A stretch of DNA of 32,000 nucleotides from Methanocorpusculum sp. (GCF_030655665.1 NZ_JAUSPQ010000004.1:98948-130947); one strand, 5' to 3'; positions 8,073 to 15,167 are shown, counted from the stretch's first letter. The notes: generated by a model from the letters alone, not told the origin. Numbers and translations: made by a program.

Positions 8073-8849
8073 ATGATAAACTTATGTGATTTAACCGGAA
8101 AAGTCGCGGTCGTCGCAGGGGCCTCCAGCGGTCTTGGCGCCGATGCGGCTCGTGCATATGCCGAAGCAGGGGCAAAAGTTGCCATGCTCGCCCGCAGAAC
8201 GGACAAACTCGAAGCAGTCGCAAAAGAAATTACCGAAAAAGGCGGAGATGTGTTCACCTATCCGTGCGATGTAACAAACGAACAAAGCGTCAAAGAGGCG
8301 GTGGACGCGATCGTCAAACATTACGGAACGATCCACATTCTCTTCAACAACGCCGGTATCGCCCAGCGCGGAACGGTCGAGACCCTGACCGTAAAAGAGT
8401 GGGACCTTTCGATGGATACCAACGTCAAAGGCATCTATCTCATGAGCAAGTATGTCATCCCCCACATGAAAGCCCAGAACTATGGTAAGATCGTCAACAC
8501 TGCATCGATCAATGCAGTACTCGGCGACAAAGGTGAAATGTTCGTCCGCCACGTGTACAACACGTCGAAAGCTGCCGTTCTTGGTCTGACCCTTGGTATG
8601 GCAACGTCGTACGGACAGAACAACATCACGGTCAATGCAGTCGGACCCGGGCTGTTTGAATCAGAAATGACGGAAGGCACATTATTCAAATCCGATGCGT
8701 TCATGACCCAATACAGCAAAATGTGTCCGCTGAACCGCCCGGCAAAACGCGGAGAACTGAACGGAACTATCCTCTACTTCTCCAGCGATATGTCGAGTTA
8801 CGTCACCGGTCAGTTCGTGGTCGTGGCGGGCGGTACCGAGCTCGTATAA
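8073..8849 (+). CDS. Short-chain dehydrogenase/reductase (SDR) family oxidoreductase
   Basis: Carries TGKVAVVAGASSGLG (cofactor-binding Gly motif), NNAG, and YNTSK (YxxxK catalytic motif). Confidence 0.9.
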   Translation: MINLCDLTGKVAVVAGASSGLGADAARAYAEAGAKVAMLARRTDKLEAVAKEITEKGGDVFTYPCDVTNEQSVKEAVDAIVKHYGTIHILFNNAGIAQRGTVETLTVKEWDLSMDTNVKGIYLMSKYVIPHMKAQNYGKIVNTASINAVLGDKGEMFVRHVYNTSKAAVLGLTLGMATSYGQNNITVNAVGPGLFESEMTEGTLFKSDAFMTQYSKMCPLNRPAKRGELNGTILYFSSDMSSYVTGQFVVVAGGTELV

Positions 8850-8861
8850 ACTCAAAAAATA

Positions 8862-8876
8862 TTTTTTTCTTTTTTT
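8862..8876. terminator. Oligo-T tract between convergent genes (A-run 8853..8858 serves the opposite strand)
   Basis: tttttttctttttt lies directly after the SDR stop. Archaeal termination typically uses oligo-T. Confidence 0.4.
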
Positions 8877-8886
8877 CGGAACGCAG

Positions 8887-9681
8887 TCACGCGTGATGAG
8901 TTTCGCGATACAGCGCTGAAACAGCGTTCAGTGTTTTGAATCCCTTATCCGTGATCACGTAATCTCCCCGCTCATGACGCTGAAGGATCATGCCTGAGTC
9001 GGTGAGTTTTTTGATATGAAACAGCAGATTCCCGCCGCGTAATCCGGTCATGCTCGAGAGATCGGAAAAGGTCCGTGTTTGTGCCGCAAGTGACTTGAGG
9101 ATCTGAAAACGCAGGATGTTTGCTACCGGTTCGAGCAGATCTTTTACGGCCGTTTCTTCCGGGATATCCGTGATGATGTCGTCAGTGCTGCCGTTTTCTG
9201 CATAAATACCGAGAGACTGCATAAGATCGACCTGCTTTTCAAAAAGACGATAGACCTGCGAAAAACAGGTATCACACCGGTCAAACGGTCCCGCTTCCCG
9301 CATGCCTTTCAACTGTTCCCGGTATGATCGGATGATCTCCTCGGAGACCTGACCGTCTCTGATATGCTTTGATGTGTTCTGCAGAAAATCCAGAAACACG
9401 CCGTAACATTTGTCCCGCATCCCGCAGTCGGCAACCATATTCGCCGAAAGTTCCGACTTCGCTGTGTCCAGCTGATCATTGACGAAAAGCCCGGCATAAT
9501 TCTGCTTAAGATCAGTAAGAGCAGTTTGAACATGCTGCTGATTTGCATGTTCGATAAAGCGTTTCAGATCCATACGGAGACCTGTGACCTCTGACTTTAG
9601 TTCACGGATCTCCGTTAATGATGAACTCAGTGTTGTTCCCATGATGCTTCTTTTCCTATTAACCTCATTAGTAATGCACAC
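8887..9681 (-). CDS. ArsR/wHTH-type regulator with a Cys-containing N-terminal domain
   Basis: C-terminal ILRFQILKSLAAQTRTFSDLSSMTGLRGGNLLFHIKKLTDSGMI is a winged-helix segment. The N-terminal part has coiled-coil-like sequence and four Cys (DCGMRDKC ... DRCDTC). An alternative start is ATG 9642 (MGTTLSS). Confidence 0.65.
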   Translation of the reverse strand: MCITNEVNRKRSIMGTTLSSSLTEIRELKSEVTGLRMDLKRFIEHANQQHVQTALTDLKQNYAGLFVNDQLDTAKSELSANMVADCGMRDKCYGVFLDFLQNTSKHIRDGQVSEEIIRSYREQLKGMREAGPFDRCDTCFSQVYRLFEKQVDLMQSLGIYAENGSTDDIITDIPEETAVKDLLEPVANILRFQILKSLAAQTRTFSDLSSMTGLRGGNLLFHIKKLTDSGMILQRHERGDYVITDKGFKTLNAVSALYRETHHA

Positions 9682-9744
9682 TCATTAACCCGCAGGGTCA
9701 TTATTCTGTATCAGCACGCTTTGTATATTTTAATGACGCTCTTG

Positions 9745-9756
9745 TATATAAATATA
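9745..9756 (+). promoter_or_regulatory. TATA-like box upstream of 9776/9785
   Basis: tatataaatata lies about 30 nt upstream of ATG 9785, consistent with a short-leader or leaderless archaeal transcript. Position only, untested. Confidence 0.35.
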
Positions 9757-9775
9757 ACACGACTATAAGTATCTG

Positions 9776-10186
9776 GTGAAAAAGATGCCAACATGGAAAT
9801 ACACAGGCAAAACAGTGACACAGGCAAAGGCAGAAGAATCCCTCAAATCGATCAAGGGAGCATGCTTCGGGTGCGAGACCCACAGTCCGGACTGTCCGAT
9901 CGCAAAGGCCGCAGGAGAGATCGCCGGCATGCCCGGATTTGAAGCCCTTTCCGTAAAGGAGCAGATCCACGCACAGATCAGCGGGGCACTTGCGGGAGCA
10001 AACTTCCCGATCAAAACACCCGGCGATCTTATTGCAGCGTTTCCAAACGGTGCAGACACGACCTGTCAGGCCGGCGATCTGAAGATGACCGCGGGTGAAG
10101 CAGGCACACTTCTTACGGCAGCGGATTTCCCGTTCAAGAGCGCGAAGTCGGTCGCCGATATGATCGTCGAGCGGGCCGGACTTTAA
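9776..10186 (+). CDS. Small protein with an N-terminal Cys motif (CFGCETHSPDC) and a C-terminal helical domain that resembles, from memory, the MTH865-like family
   Basis: The ORF starts at GTG 9776, with ATG 9785 perhaps more likely. The C-terminal segment is FPIKTPGDLIAAFPNGADTTCQAGDLKMTAGEAGTLLTAADFPFKSAKSVADMIVERAGL. The family assignment is unverified recall. Confidence 0.45.
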   Translation: MKKMPTWKYTGKTVTQAKAEESLKSIKGACFGCETHSPDCPIAKAAGEIAGMPGFEALSVKEQIHAQISGALAGANFPIKTPGDLIAAFPNGADTTCQAGDLKMTAGEAGTLLTAADFPFKSAKSVADMIVERAGL

Positions 10187-10237
10187 GCACGGAAATTCCT
10201 TCGTTAAAGGATCTCAGCAGGGTGAAAAACCCGAACA

Positions 10238-10253
10238 TTTTTTTTCTTTTTTT
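10238..10253 (+). terminator. Oligo-T terminator candidate
   Basis: ttttttttcttttttt lies about 50 nt after the stop at 10186. Confidence 0.4.
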
Positions 10254-10333
10254 CTCAGGTATGATGAGGGCCGATACCGGAAGATTTCCCGATGAACAAA
10301 TCTTTTTTACTCATGCCGGGTATTATTATCTCA

Positions 10334-10758
10334 ATGAACACAGGCAACCTCGAAGAACTTGCCCTCATCACAGACCAAAAGATCCTCGCAGTCTGGGCTC
10401 TGGATTGTGCCGAACGTGTTCTCCCCATCTTCGAAGAAAAATATCCAAACGACCCGCGTCCCCGCGAGGCTTTGGAGGCAGGACGTGCCTGGGTCCAGGG
10501 GGAGATCCGGGTCGGCGAAGCGCAAATAGCCGCATTTTCTGCACATGCAGCTGCACGAACCGCGGCGGGCGATCCACCCGCATCCTTCGCGGCCCGTGCT
10601 GCTGGTCACGCCGCAGCAACTTCGCACACGTCCGGTCACGCGCGATCCATGCCGCAGACTACGCCGTAAAAGCTGTTTCCCCCGATCAGAAAAACGGGGA
10701 GCGTGCCTGGCAGTACAATCATCTGCTTAAACTCACGTCTGATATCCAAAGCCTTTGA
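10334..10758 (+). pseudogene. Frameshifted gene for a helical protein of a family often annotated as putative immunity protein
   Basis: Frame A reads MNTGNLEELALITDQKILAVWALDCAERVLPIFEEKYPNDPRPREALEAGRAWVQGE...AAGHAAATSHTSGHA and stops at 10669. The expected continuation AIHAADYAVKAVSPDQKNGERAWQYNHLLKLTSDIQSL is in another frame (tail of track ORF 10222..10758). The switch maps to the cgcgcg run at about 10640..10645. Confidence 0.55.
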
Positions 10759-10835
10759 ACGAAATCCATACGCAAGGTCCCGCAGAAACCATAATATCAC
10801 ACGCAGAACCTCTAATCTGATAAGGAATACCCGGC

Positions 10836-11216
10836 ATGTTTCAAAAAATACGACGTCTCTTCGCTGACCCGCCTCAACCGGCAGAAATCTGCCAGCCACA
10901 AAATACTACCCCTGAGCAGATCATCGAAAGACTGGAGAGAGAAGCGGCAGAAGGGAAGGTCGACGCGATCTACCTGCTCGGCATGGCATATTATTCCGTG
11001 GACGGTGCGGCAAAGGATCCCGGGCAGGCAAAAGCGTGGTTTGAAAAAGCAGCTGCAGAGGGAAATACTGCGGCCATGCGGAACCTTGCCGAGATGTATA
11101 CGGCCGGTAACGGAGTGGAAAAAGATCCCGTGAAAGCAAAAGAATGGGTGCGAAAAGCAGAAGAGATCGAGATAATGCTCAAAGCTCTCGGGTTGGTCTG
11201 GGGTGTCGCGGAATGA
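10836..11216 (+). CDS. Sel1-repeat (TPR-like) protein
   Basis: Two Sel1-type repeats: AIYLLGMAYYSVDGAAKDPGQAKAWFEKAAAEG and AMRNLAEMYTAGNGVEKDPVKAKEWVRKA. Confidence 0.8.
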   Translation: MFQKIRRLFADPPQPAEICQPQNTTPEQIIERLEREAAEGKVDAIYLLGMAYYSVDGAAKDPGQAKAWFEKAAAEGNTAAMRNLAEMYTAGNGVEKDPVKAKEWVRKAEEIEIMLKALGLVWGVAE

Positions 11217-11259
11217 TGCCGGAAACCGATTCCCGAAAAAGGGTCATACAGTCCAGTTG

Positions 11260-11301
11260 AAAATCATTATATGCAAATATGTGCATATAGTAATATATGT
11301 C
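11260..11301 (+). promoter_or_regulatory. Promoter/operator block, copy A (upstream of hgcA), containing the palindrome TATATGCA-N6-TGCATATA
   Basis: 42 nt aaaatcattatatgcaaatatgtgcatata[g]taatatatgtc, identical to 13026..13067 except one base. The perfect 8-bp inverted repeat is at 11268..11275 / 11282..11289. The A/T-rich part can double as a TATA box. Confidence 0.6.
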
Positions 11302-11344
11302 ATCACTGTGTCTTTACGAAGCAAAAGATCCTGACAAAATGTGA
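11297..11344 (+). pseudogene. Remnant of the arsD-like gene (15 codons)
   Basis: atgtcatcactgtgtctttacgaagcaaaagatcctgacaaaatgtga aligns with the 5' end of 13063.. (MSSLCLYEAKDPDKM* vs MSSMVIFESKTPDKTT...). Confidence 0.6.
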
Positions 11345-11463
11345 TACAAACCCCTACATTTCCCGAAACGATCTTCAAAGCATTCGGCGATGTAAGCAGA
11401 CTTTGGATACTTTCCCTCCTGCAGGATCACGTAGCCTCACGATCCTCTGAAAAATGTGATTAA
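11341..11463 (+). pseudogene. Internally deleted arsR remnant (40 codons, HTH removed)
   Basis: 11365..11392 and 11414..11431 match arsR 13400..13427 and 13449..13466. 11438..11463 matches the arsR 3' end 13710..13735. About 243 nt of arsR (13467..13709) is replaced by 6 nt and the frame is kept: ..PETIFKAFGDVSRLWILSLLQDH|VASRSSEKCD*. Confidence 0.7.
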
Positions 11464-11465
11464 TC

Positions 11466-12539
11466 ATGACCGAAGAAAATAATACCTCAATATTTGAAAC
11501 GAAGAAGAAAACGATCACCGGGACGCAGACCTGCGGATGCGCTGACAACTGTTGCGAGACCCCTGCGATCCAGACGACCACGAGCAAGATCATCTTCGCT
11601 GACAGGCTTGACCATCTCCTTGCCCGGTTGGGCTGGAACCGGTTAAACCACAGCGTCGAACCCGGCCTGTACCGGCTCGGAGATCCGGATGCAGAATCCC
11701 CGGTTTTTGCATCGGCAAACTATACCCTGAGCTTTGATGCCCTCCGTTCCTCTCTTGCAGGGATCGATGCATGGATCCTTGTCCTGGATACGAAGGGGAT
11801 CAATGTCTGGTGTGCTGCCGGAAAAGGGACGTTTGGGACAGATGAACTCGTCCACAGAATAGAATCCACAGGCCTTGCCGGTATCGTCTCGCACCGTAAG
11901 ATCATCGTGCCCCAACTTGGAGCACCGGGTGTCTTCTGGCCGGAAGTGGTGCAGAGGACGAAGTTCATTGTCGAGTACGGTCCGGTCCGGGCAAACGACC
12001 TGCCGGAGTACCTGAAAACGCACACGGCGACCCCTGACATGCGGTGTGTCAAGTTTTCCTTGCGGGACCGGCTGGTACTGACGCCTGTTGAATTCATGCA
12101 CTTTGCGCTCCCGACCGTAGCAATATCAGCGGCCCTCTGGTTCCTTGCCGGGCCTTTTGCAGCACTTGCCGCGGTATCAGCGGTCCTTTCCGGGACCGTA
12201 CTCTTTCCACTGCTGCTGCCCGTTATCCCAACACGGGACTTTTCGACCAAAGGGATGATCCTTGGCGTGATCGTATCCCTTCCCTTCGCATATGTTTTCG
12301 GGACAACGCCAGGACTACCGATGTGGGCCGGGGCCCTTTCAGCGGTTGCAGCCCTTCTCCTCATCCCGGCGGTGATCGCGTATCTTGCCCTGAATTTCAC
12401 CGGCTGCTCAACGTTCACCTCACGGATGGGGGTCAAAAAGGAGATCTTCTCGTATGTCAAGGTCATGGCGGGAATGGCGGCAGTCGGCGTGATAAGCGGC
12501 ATTATTCTTGGCGTATCAAAGATCATGGGGGTGATCTGA
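11466..12539 (+). CDS. hgcA: HgcA, corrinoid protein of the mercury-methylation pair
   Basis: Diagnostic cap-helix motif NVWCAAGK at nt 11802..11825 in the context LVLDTKGINVWCAAGKGTFGTDEL. Upstream is PGLYRLGDPDAESPVFASANYTLSFDALR. The C-terminal half is hydrophobic (several TM helices). It is followed immediately by a 2x[4Fe-4S] ferredoxin. Confidence 0.88.
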   Translation: MTEENNTSIFETKKKTITGTQTCGCADNCCETPAIQTTTSKIIFADRLDHLLARLGWNRLNHSVEPGLYRLGDPDAESPVFASANYTLSFDALRSSLAGIDAWILVLDTKGINVWCAAGKGTFGTDELVHRIESTGLAGIVSHRKIIVPQLGAPGVFWPEVVQRTKFIVEYGPVRANDLPEYLKTHTATPDMRCVKFSLRDRLVLTPVEFMHFALPTVAISAALWFLAGPFAALAAVSAVLSGTVLFPLLLPVIPTRDFSTKGMILGVIVSLPFAYVFGTTPGLPMWAGALSAVAALLLIPAVIAYLALNFTGCSTFTSRMGVKKEIFSYVKVMAGMAAVGVISGIILGVSKIMGVI

Positions 12540-12889
12540 TGTTCAATTCCTATACCGAAACCAGCCTTTCCTTTGATTCGGCGCTTTGTATAAACTGCAA
12601 ACGCTGCACGCAGGTCTGTCCCCATGCGGTCTTTACTGCAGGCCCGACATGTGTATCCCTCGATCGGCCGTCTGCCTGCATGGAATGCGGAGCCTGCGCT
12701 CTCAACTGCCCTGTCCAGGCAATAACCGTTCAGAGCGGGGTCGGCTGTGCGTGGGCGATGATCGGTGCCGCGCTCCGGGGAAAGGATATGGACACAGAAT
12801 CCTGCTGCGGTGAGAACGGTTCGTGCTGCGGGAATTCCGGATCGAAACAAAAAGCCTCGGTCTGCGATTGCGGAAAGAAGGAGCGATAA
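12539..12889 (+). CDS. hgcB: HgcB, 2x[4Fe-4S] ferredoxin partner of HgcA
   Basis: ATG 12539 overlaps the hgcA stop (tgATG). It has CINCKRCTQVCP and CMECGACALNCP cluster motifs and a Cys-rich tail (SCCGENGSCCG...CDCG). The longer track ORF 12323..12889 is an in-frame upstream extension overlapping hgcA. Confidence 0.85.
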   Translation: MFNSYTETSLSFDSALCINCKRCTQVCPHAVFTAGPTCVSLDRPSACMECGACALNCPVQAITVQSGVGCAWAMIGAALRGKDMDTESCCGENGSCCGNSGSKQKASVCDCGKKER

Positions 12890-13025
12890 CTGGTATTTTG
12901 GAGCAGAGCCCTGCATTTGGGGGTACTCTCTGAAAAACCCGGATGAACACAGGGTCTGAACCCTATTTCAAAAATCTATTTTTTACCGTGAGCACCGTTT
13001 AGGGATCAGTCATACATTCTCTTTC

Positions 13026-13067
13026 AAAATCATTATATGCAAATATGTGCATATAATAATATATGTC
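13026..13067 (+). promoter_or_regulatory. Promoter/operator block, copy B (upstream of the ars operon), with the palindrome TATATGCA-N6-TGCATATA
   Basis: Same 42-nt block as 11260..11301, with the palindrome at 13034..13041 / 13048..13055. The A/T box is about 25-30 nt upstream of ATG 13063, which suggests a leaderless or very short-leader transcript with the operator overlapping the core promoter. Confidence 0.6.
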
Positions 13068-13395
13068 GTCGATGGTTATTTTTGAATCAAAAACCCCTGA
13101 CAAAACCACGTATGAGTATCTCCAGACAACTGAACTCATAGACAAACTCAATCCCTCAGGAATTGAGATTTCCCGTGCAATCTGGGATACAAACACCAAC
13201 GTCCGCCATCTTGTAGAGAAACATGGTGAAGAAATTCTTCCGGCAGTGGTGGTAAATGATTTCATCATGATCACCGGAAGATACCCGTCAAAAGAAGAAA
13301 TCAGACAGATTCTTCATGTACCTGACAAACTTATCGCAGAAGAATGCCAGGGATGCGGGTGTTGTTGTATCCAGGGATACGAATGCGATGAGTGA
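13063..13395 (+). CDS. ArsD-like (thioredoxin-fold arsenic metallochaperone family) protein with an atypical Cys pattern
   Basis: The segment VRHLVEKHGEEILPAVVVNDFIMITGRYPSKEEIRQIL resembles the ArsD core (..LP..L.DGE.V..GRYP...EL). The usual N-terminal CC/C motif is absent, and a C-terminal CQGCGCCCIQGYEC tail is present. Confidence 0.55.
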   Translation: MSSMVIFESKTPDKTTYEYLQTTELIDKLNPSGIEISRAIWDTNTNVRHLVEKHGEEILPAVVVNDFIMITGRYPSKEEIRQILHVPDKLIAEECQGCGCCCIQGYECDE

Positions 13396-13735
13396 TCCAG
13401 AAACGATCTTCAAAGCATTCGGCGATGCGACCCGACTTCGGATCCTTGCCCTCCTGCAGGATCACGAGTTATGCGTTTGCGAGATCGAAGCAGCACTCTC
13501 CCTCTCCCAGCCCAACGCATCACGCAGCCTGACGATCCTGAAAAACGCTGGCATCATCCAGAGCAGAAAACAGGCACAATGGACCTACTACAAAATCAGC
13601 GATGATTTTTCCGCCGTCTACCCTGACCTTTCCAGAGCCCTGGAAAACATCTGTGCCGGATTGCCGTCGACAAATGCAGACAAAGACGCCTTGAAAAAAT
13701 GCAGACAAACACGATCCTGCGAAAAATGTGATTAA
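13388..13735 (+). CDS. arsR: ArsR-family metalloregulator
   Basis: The start MSDPETIFKAFGDATRLRILALLQDHELCVCEIEAAL contains the ELCVCE metal-binding motif and an HTH. ATG 13388 overlaps the arsD-like stop (ATGAGTGA). The track ORF start at 13316 is an upstream extension. Confidence 0.88.
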   Translation: MSDPETIFKAFGDATRLRILALLQDHELCVCEIEAALSLSQPNASRSLTILKNAGIIQSRKQAQWTYYKISDDFSAVYPDLSRALENICAGLPSTNADKDALKKCRQTRSCEKCD

Positions 13736-13737
13736 TC

Positions 13738-13911
13738 ATGACCGAAGAAAAAAAGACCTCAATATTTGGAAAGATGAAGAAAGCGATCACCGGAGAAAAC
13801 TGCTCCTGCTGCTGTAATATCAAAATTGTGCCGGAAAAACCCGGATGTGATGACGAAGCCGGGTCGAAAGACCAATGCGGAGAAAACTGCAGCTGCCGTA
13901 AATCTGAATGA
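13738..13911 (+). CDS. 57-aa Cys-rich small protein (not in the ORF track)
   Basis: MTEEKKTSIFGKMKKAITGENCSCCCNIKIVPEKPGCDDEAGSKDQCGENCSCRKSE has 9 Cys. It starts 2 nt after the arsR stop, and its stop overlaps the permease start (ATGA at 13908..13911). The first ~19 codons are duplicated as the N-terminus of hgcA. Confidence 0.55.
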   Translation: MTEEKKTSIFGKMKKAITGENCSCCCNIKIVPEKPGCDDEAGSKDQCGENCSCRKSE

Positions 13912-14789
13912 GTTTTGTGGATACGCTCCTCGCGGCCGGTCAGTATTTCCTGATCATAGCCCTGGAGCTTACAGCACTATTCATCGTCGTCTGTCTGATC
14001 GTCGGGGCACTGAACGTCTATGTCCCCAAAGAGAAGATGCAGAAGGTCCTCGGGCACTCCGGCTCGGTCAGGGGAAGCGTTATCGGGGCGGCGTTCGGTG
14101 CAATAACCCCATTCTGCTCCTGCTCGACGATCCCGGTCACCCTGGGATTTCTGAAGTCAGGCGTGGCATTTTCCAGTGCCATGTCCTTCCTTTTCGCGTC
14201 CCCGCTTCTGAACCCGGTCATTCTCGCGATGATGCTCGTCATATTCGGACCCGAGATCACCATCGTGTATGCGGTCCTGATGTTCACTCTAGCCGTATTG
14301 ATCGGGCTGACCCTTGACAAGCTCAGGTTCAAAAAATACGTCAAACCGGTCGCGGTCGAAGGAATGACCGAAGAGACCGGCACAAAACTACAGAGGATCG
14401 TCGGGTTTGCCTGGACCACGTTCCGACAGATGATCCCCTATCTCCTGCTCGGAGCAGCGATCGGCGCATTCATCTACGGATTTCTGCCGGCCGACTGGAT
14501 CCTGGCCGTCGCGGGACCAGAAAACCTGTTCGCGATTCCTGTCGCCGCGCTCATCGGGATCCCGCTCTATATCAGAGCAGAGACAATTCTCCCGATCAGT
14601 GCCGCCCTCTTAAGCAAAGGAATGGGGGCGGGGACCGTGGCCGCCCTTCTGATCGGCGGGGCAGGCATGAGTATCCCCGAGATCACCATGCTTTCGGCGA
14701 TCTTTAAGAAACAGTTCGTTCTGGTGTTTGTCGCAACGATCTTTATTTCGGCCGTGGTGACCGGATTAGTCGTGCAGGTGATCATATGA
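13908..14789 (+). CDS. arsP: ArsP-type permease (PF03773-like predicted permease)
   Basis: 293-aa polytopic membrane protein with the GAITPFCSCSTIPV vicinal-Cys motif characteristic of ArsP-like permeases. Sits in an ars operon context. Confidence 0.75.
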   Translation: MSFVDTLLAAGQYFLIIALELTALFIVVCLIVGALNVYVPKEKMQKVLGHSGSVRGSVIGAAFGAITPFCSCSTIPVTLGFLKSGVAFSSAMSFLFASPLLNPVILAMMLVIFGPEITIVYAVLMFTLAVLIGLTLDKLRFKKYVKPVAVEGMTEETGTKLQRIVGFAWTTFRQMIPYLLLGAAIGAFIYGFLPADWILAVAGPENLFAIPVAALIGIPLYIRAETILPISAALLSKGMGAGTVAALLIGGAGMSIPEITMLSAIFKKQFVLVFVATIFISAVVTGLVVQVII

Positions 14790-15163
14790 AACGTATCGCC
14801 TTTCTCTGCGTCAAAAACTCCTGCAGATCACAGATAGCCGAAGCTCTCTGCCAGCATCTCGGCGGCGATATCTTCATCTGTTATTCGGCAGGCAGTGATC
14901 CGGGCGAATCCGTCGACCCGACGGCGATCCGGTTCATGCAGGAACATTACGGGATCGATATGCGTGGAATGAGTCCGAAACCTATCTCCGATCTGCCGAA
15001 GATCGACATCGTTGTCACGATGGGCTGCGGGGTCGCCTGCCCCGTCATTCCCGGAACACGGCGGATCGAATGGCATATCGACGACCCGGTCGGAAAAGGA
15101 GACGAGGCGTATCGTTTGGCGATCACTGAAATAGAAGCAAATATAAAAACATTGATAGAGTGA
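14786..15163 (+). CDS. arsC: Arsenate reductase, low-molecular-weight phosphatase type
   Basis: CX5R P-loop in IAFLCVKNSCRSQIAEAL, 125 aa. The start overlaps the permease stop (ATGA). Confidence 0.88.
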   Translation: MKRIAFLCVKNSCRSQIAEALCQHLGGDIFICYSAGSDPGESVDPTAIRFMQEHYGIDMRGMSPKPISDLPKIDIVVTMGCGVACPVIPGTRRIEWHIDDPVGKGDEAYRLAITEIEANIKTLIE

Positions 15164-15167
15164 TGTT

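Noticed and set aside
10222-10758. 178-aa ORF taken as one intact gene
   Set aside because: Only its last ~38 codons look like real protein, namely the C-terminus of the frameshifted gene. The upstream part is an R/P/S-rich out-of-frame reading of 10334..10640.
11720-12916. 398-aa minus-strand ORF
   Set aside because: It is antisense to hgcA/hgcB, which carry diagnostic motifs. It is R/P/A/S-rich with no recognisable domain, which is typical of a GC-rich antisense frame.
13826-14317. 163-aa + ORF
   Set aside because: It is out of frame with the ArsP-like permease, which has clear TM and CSC features.
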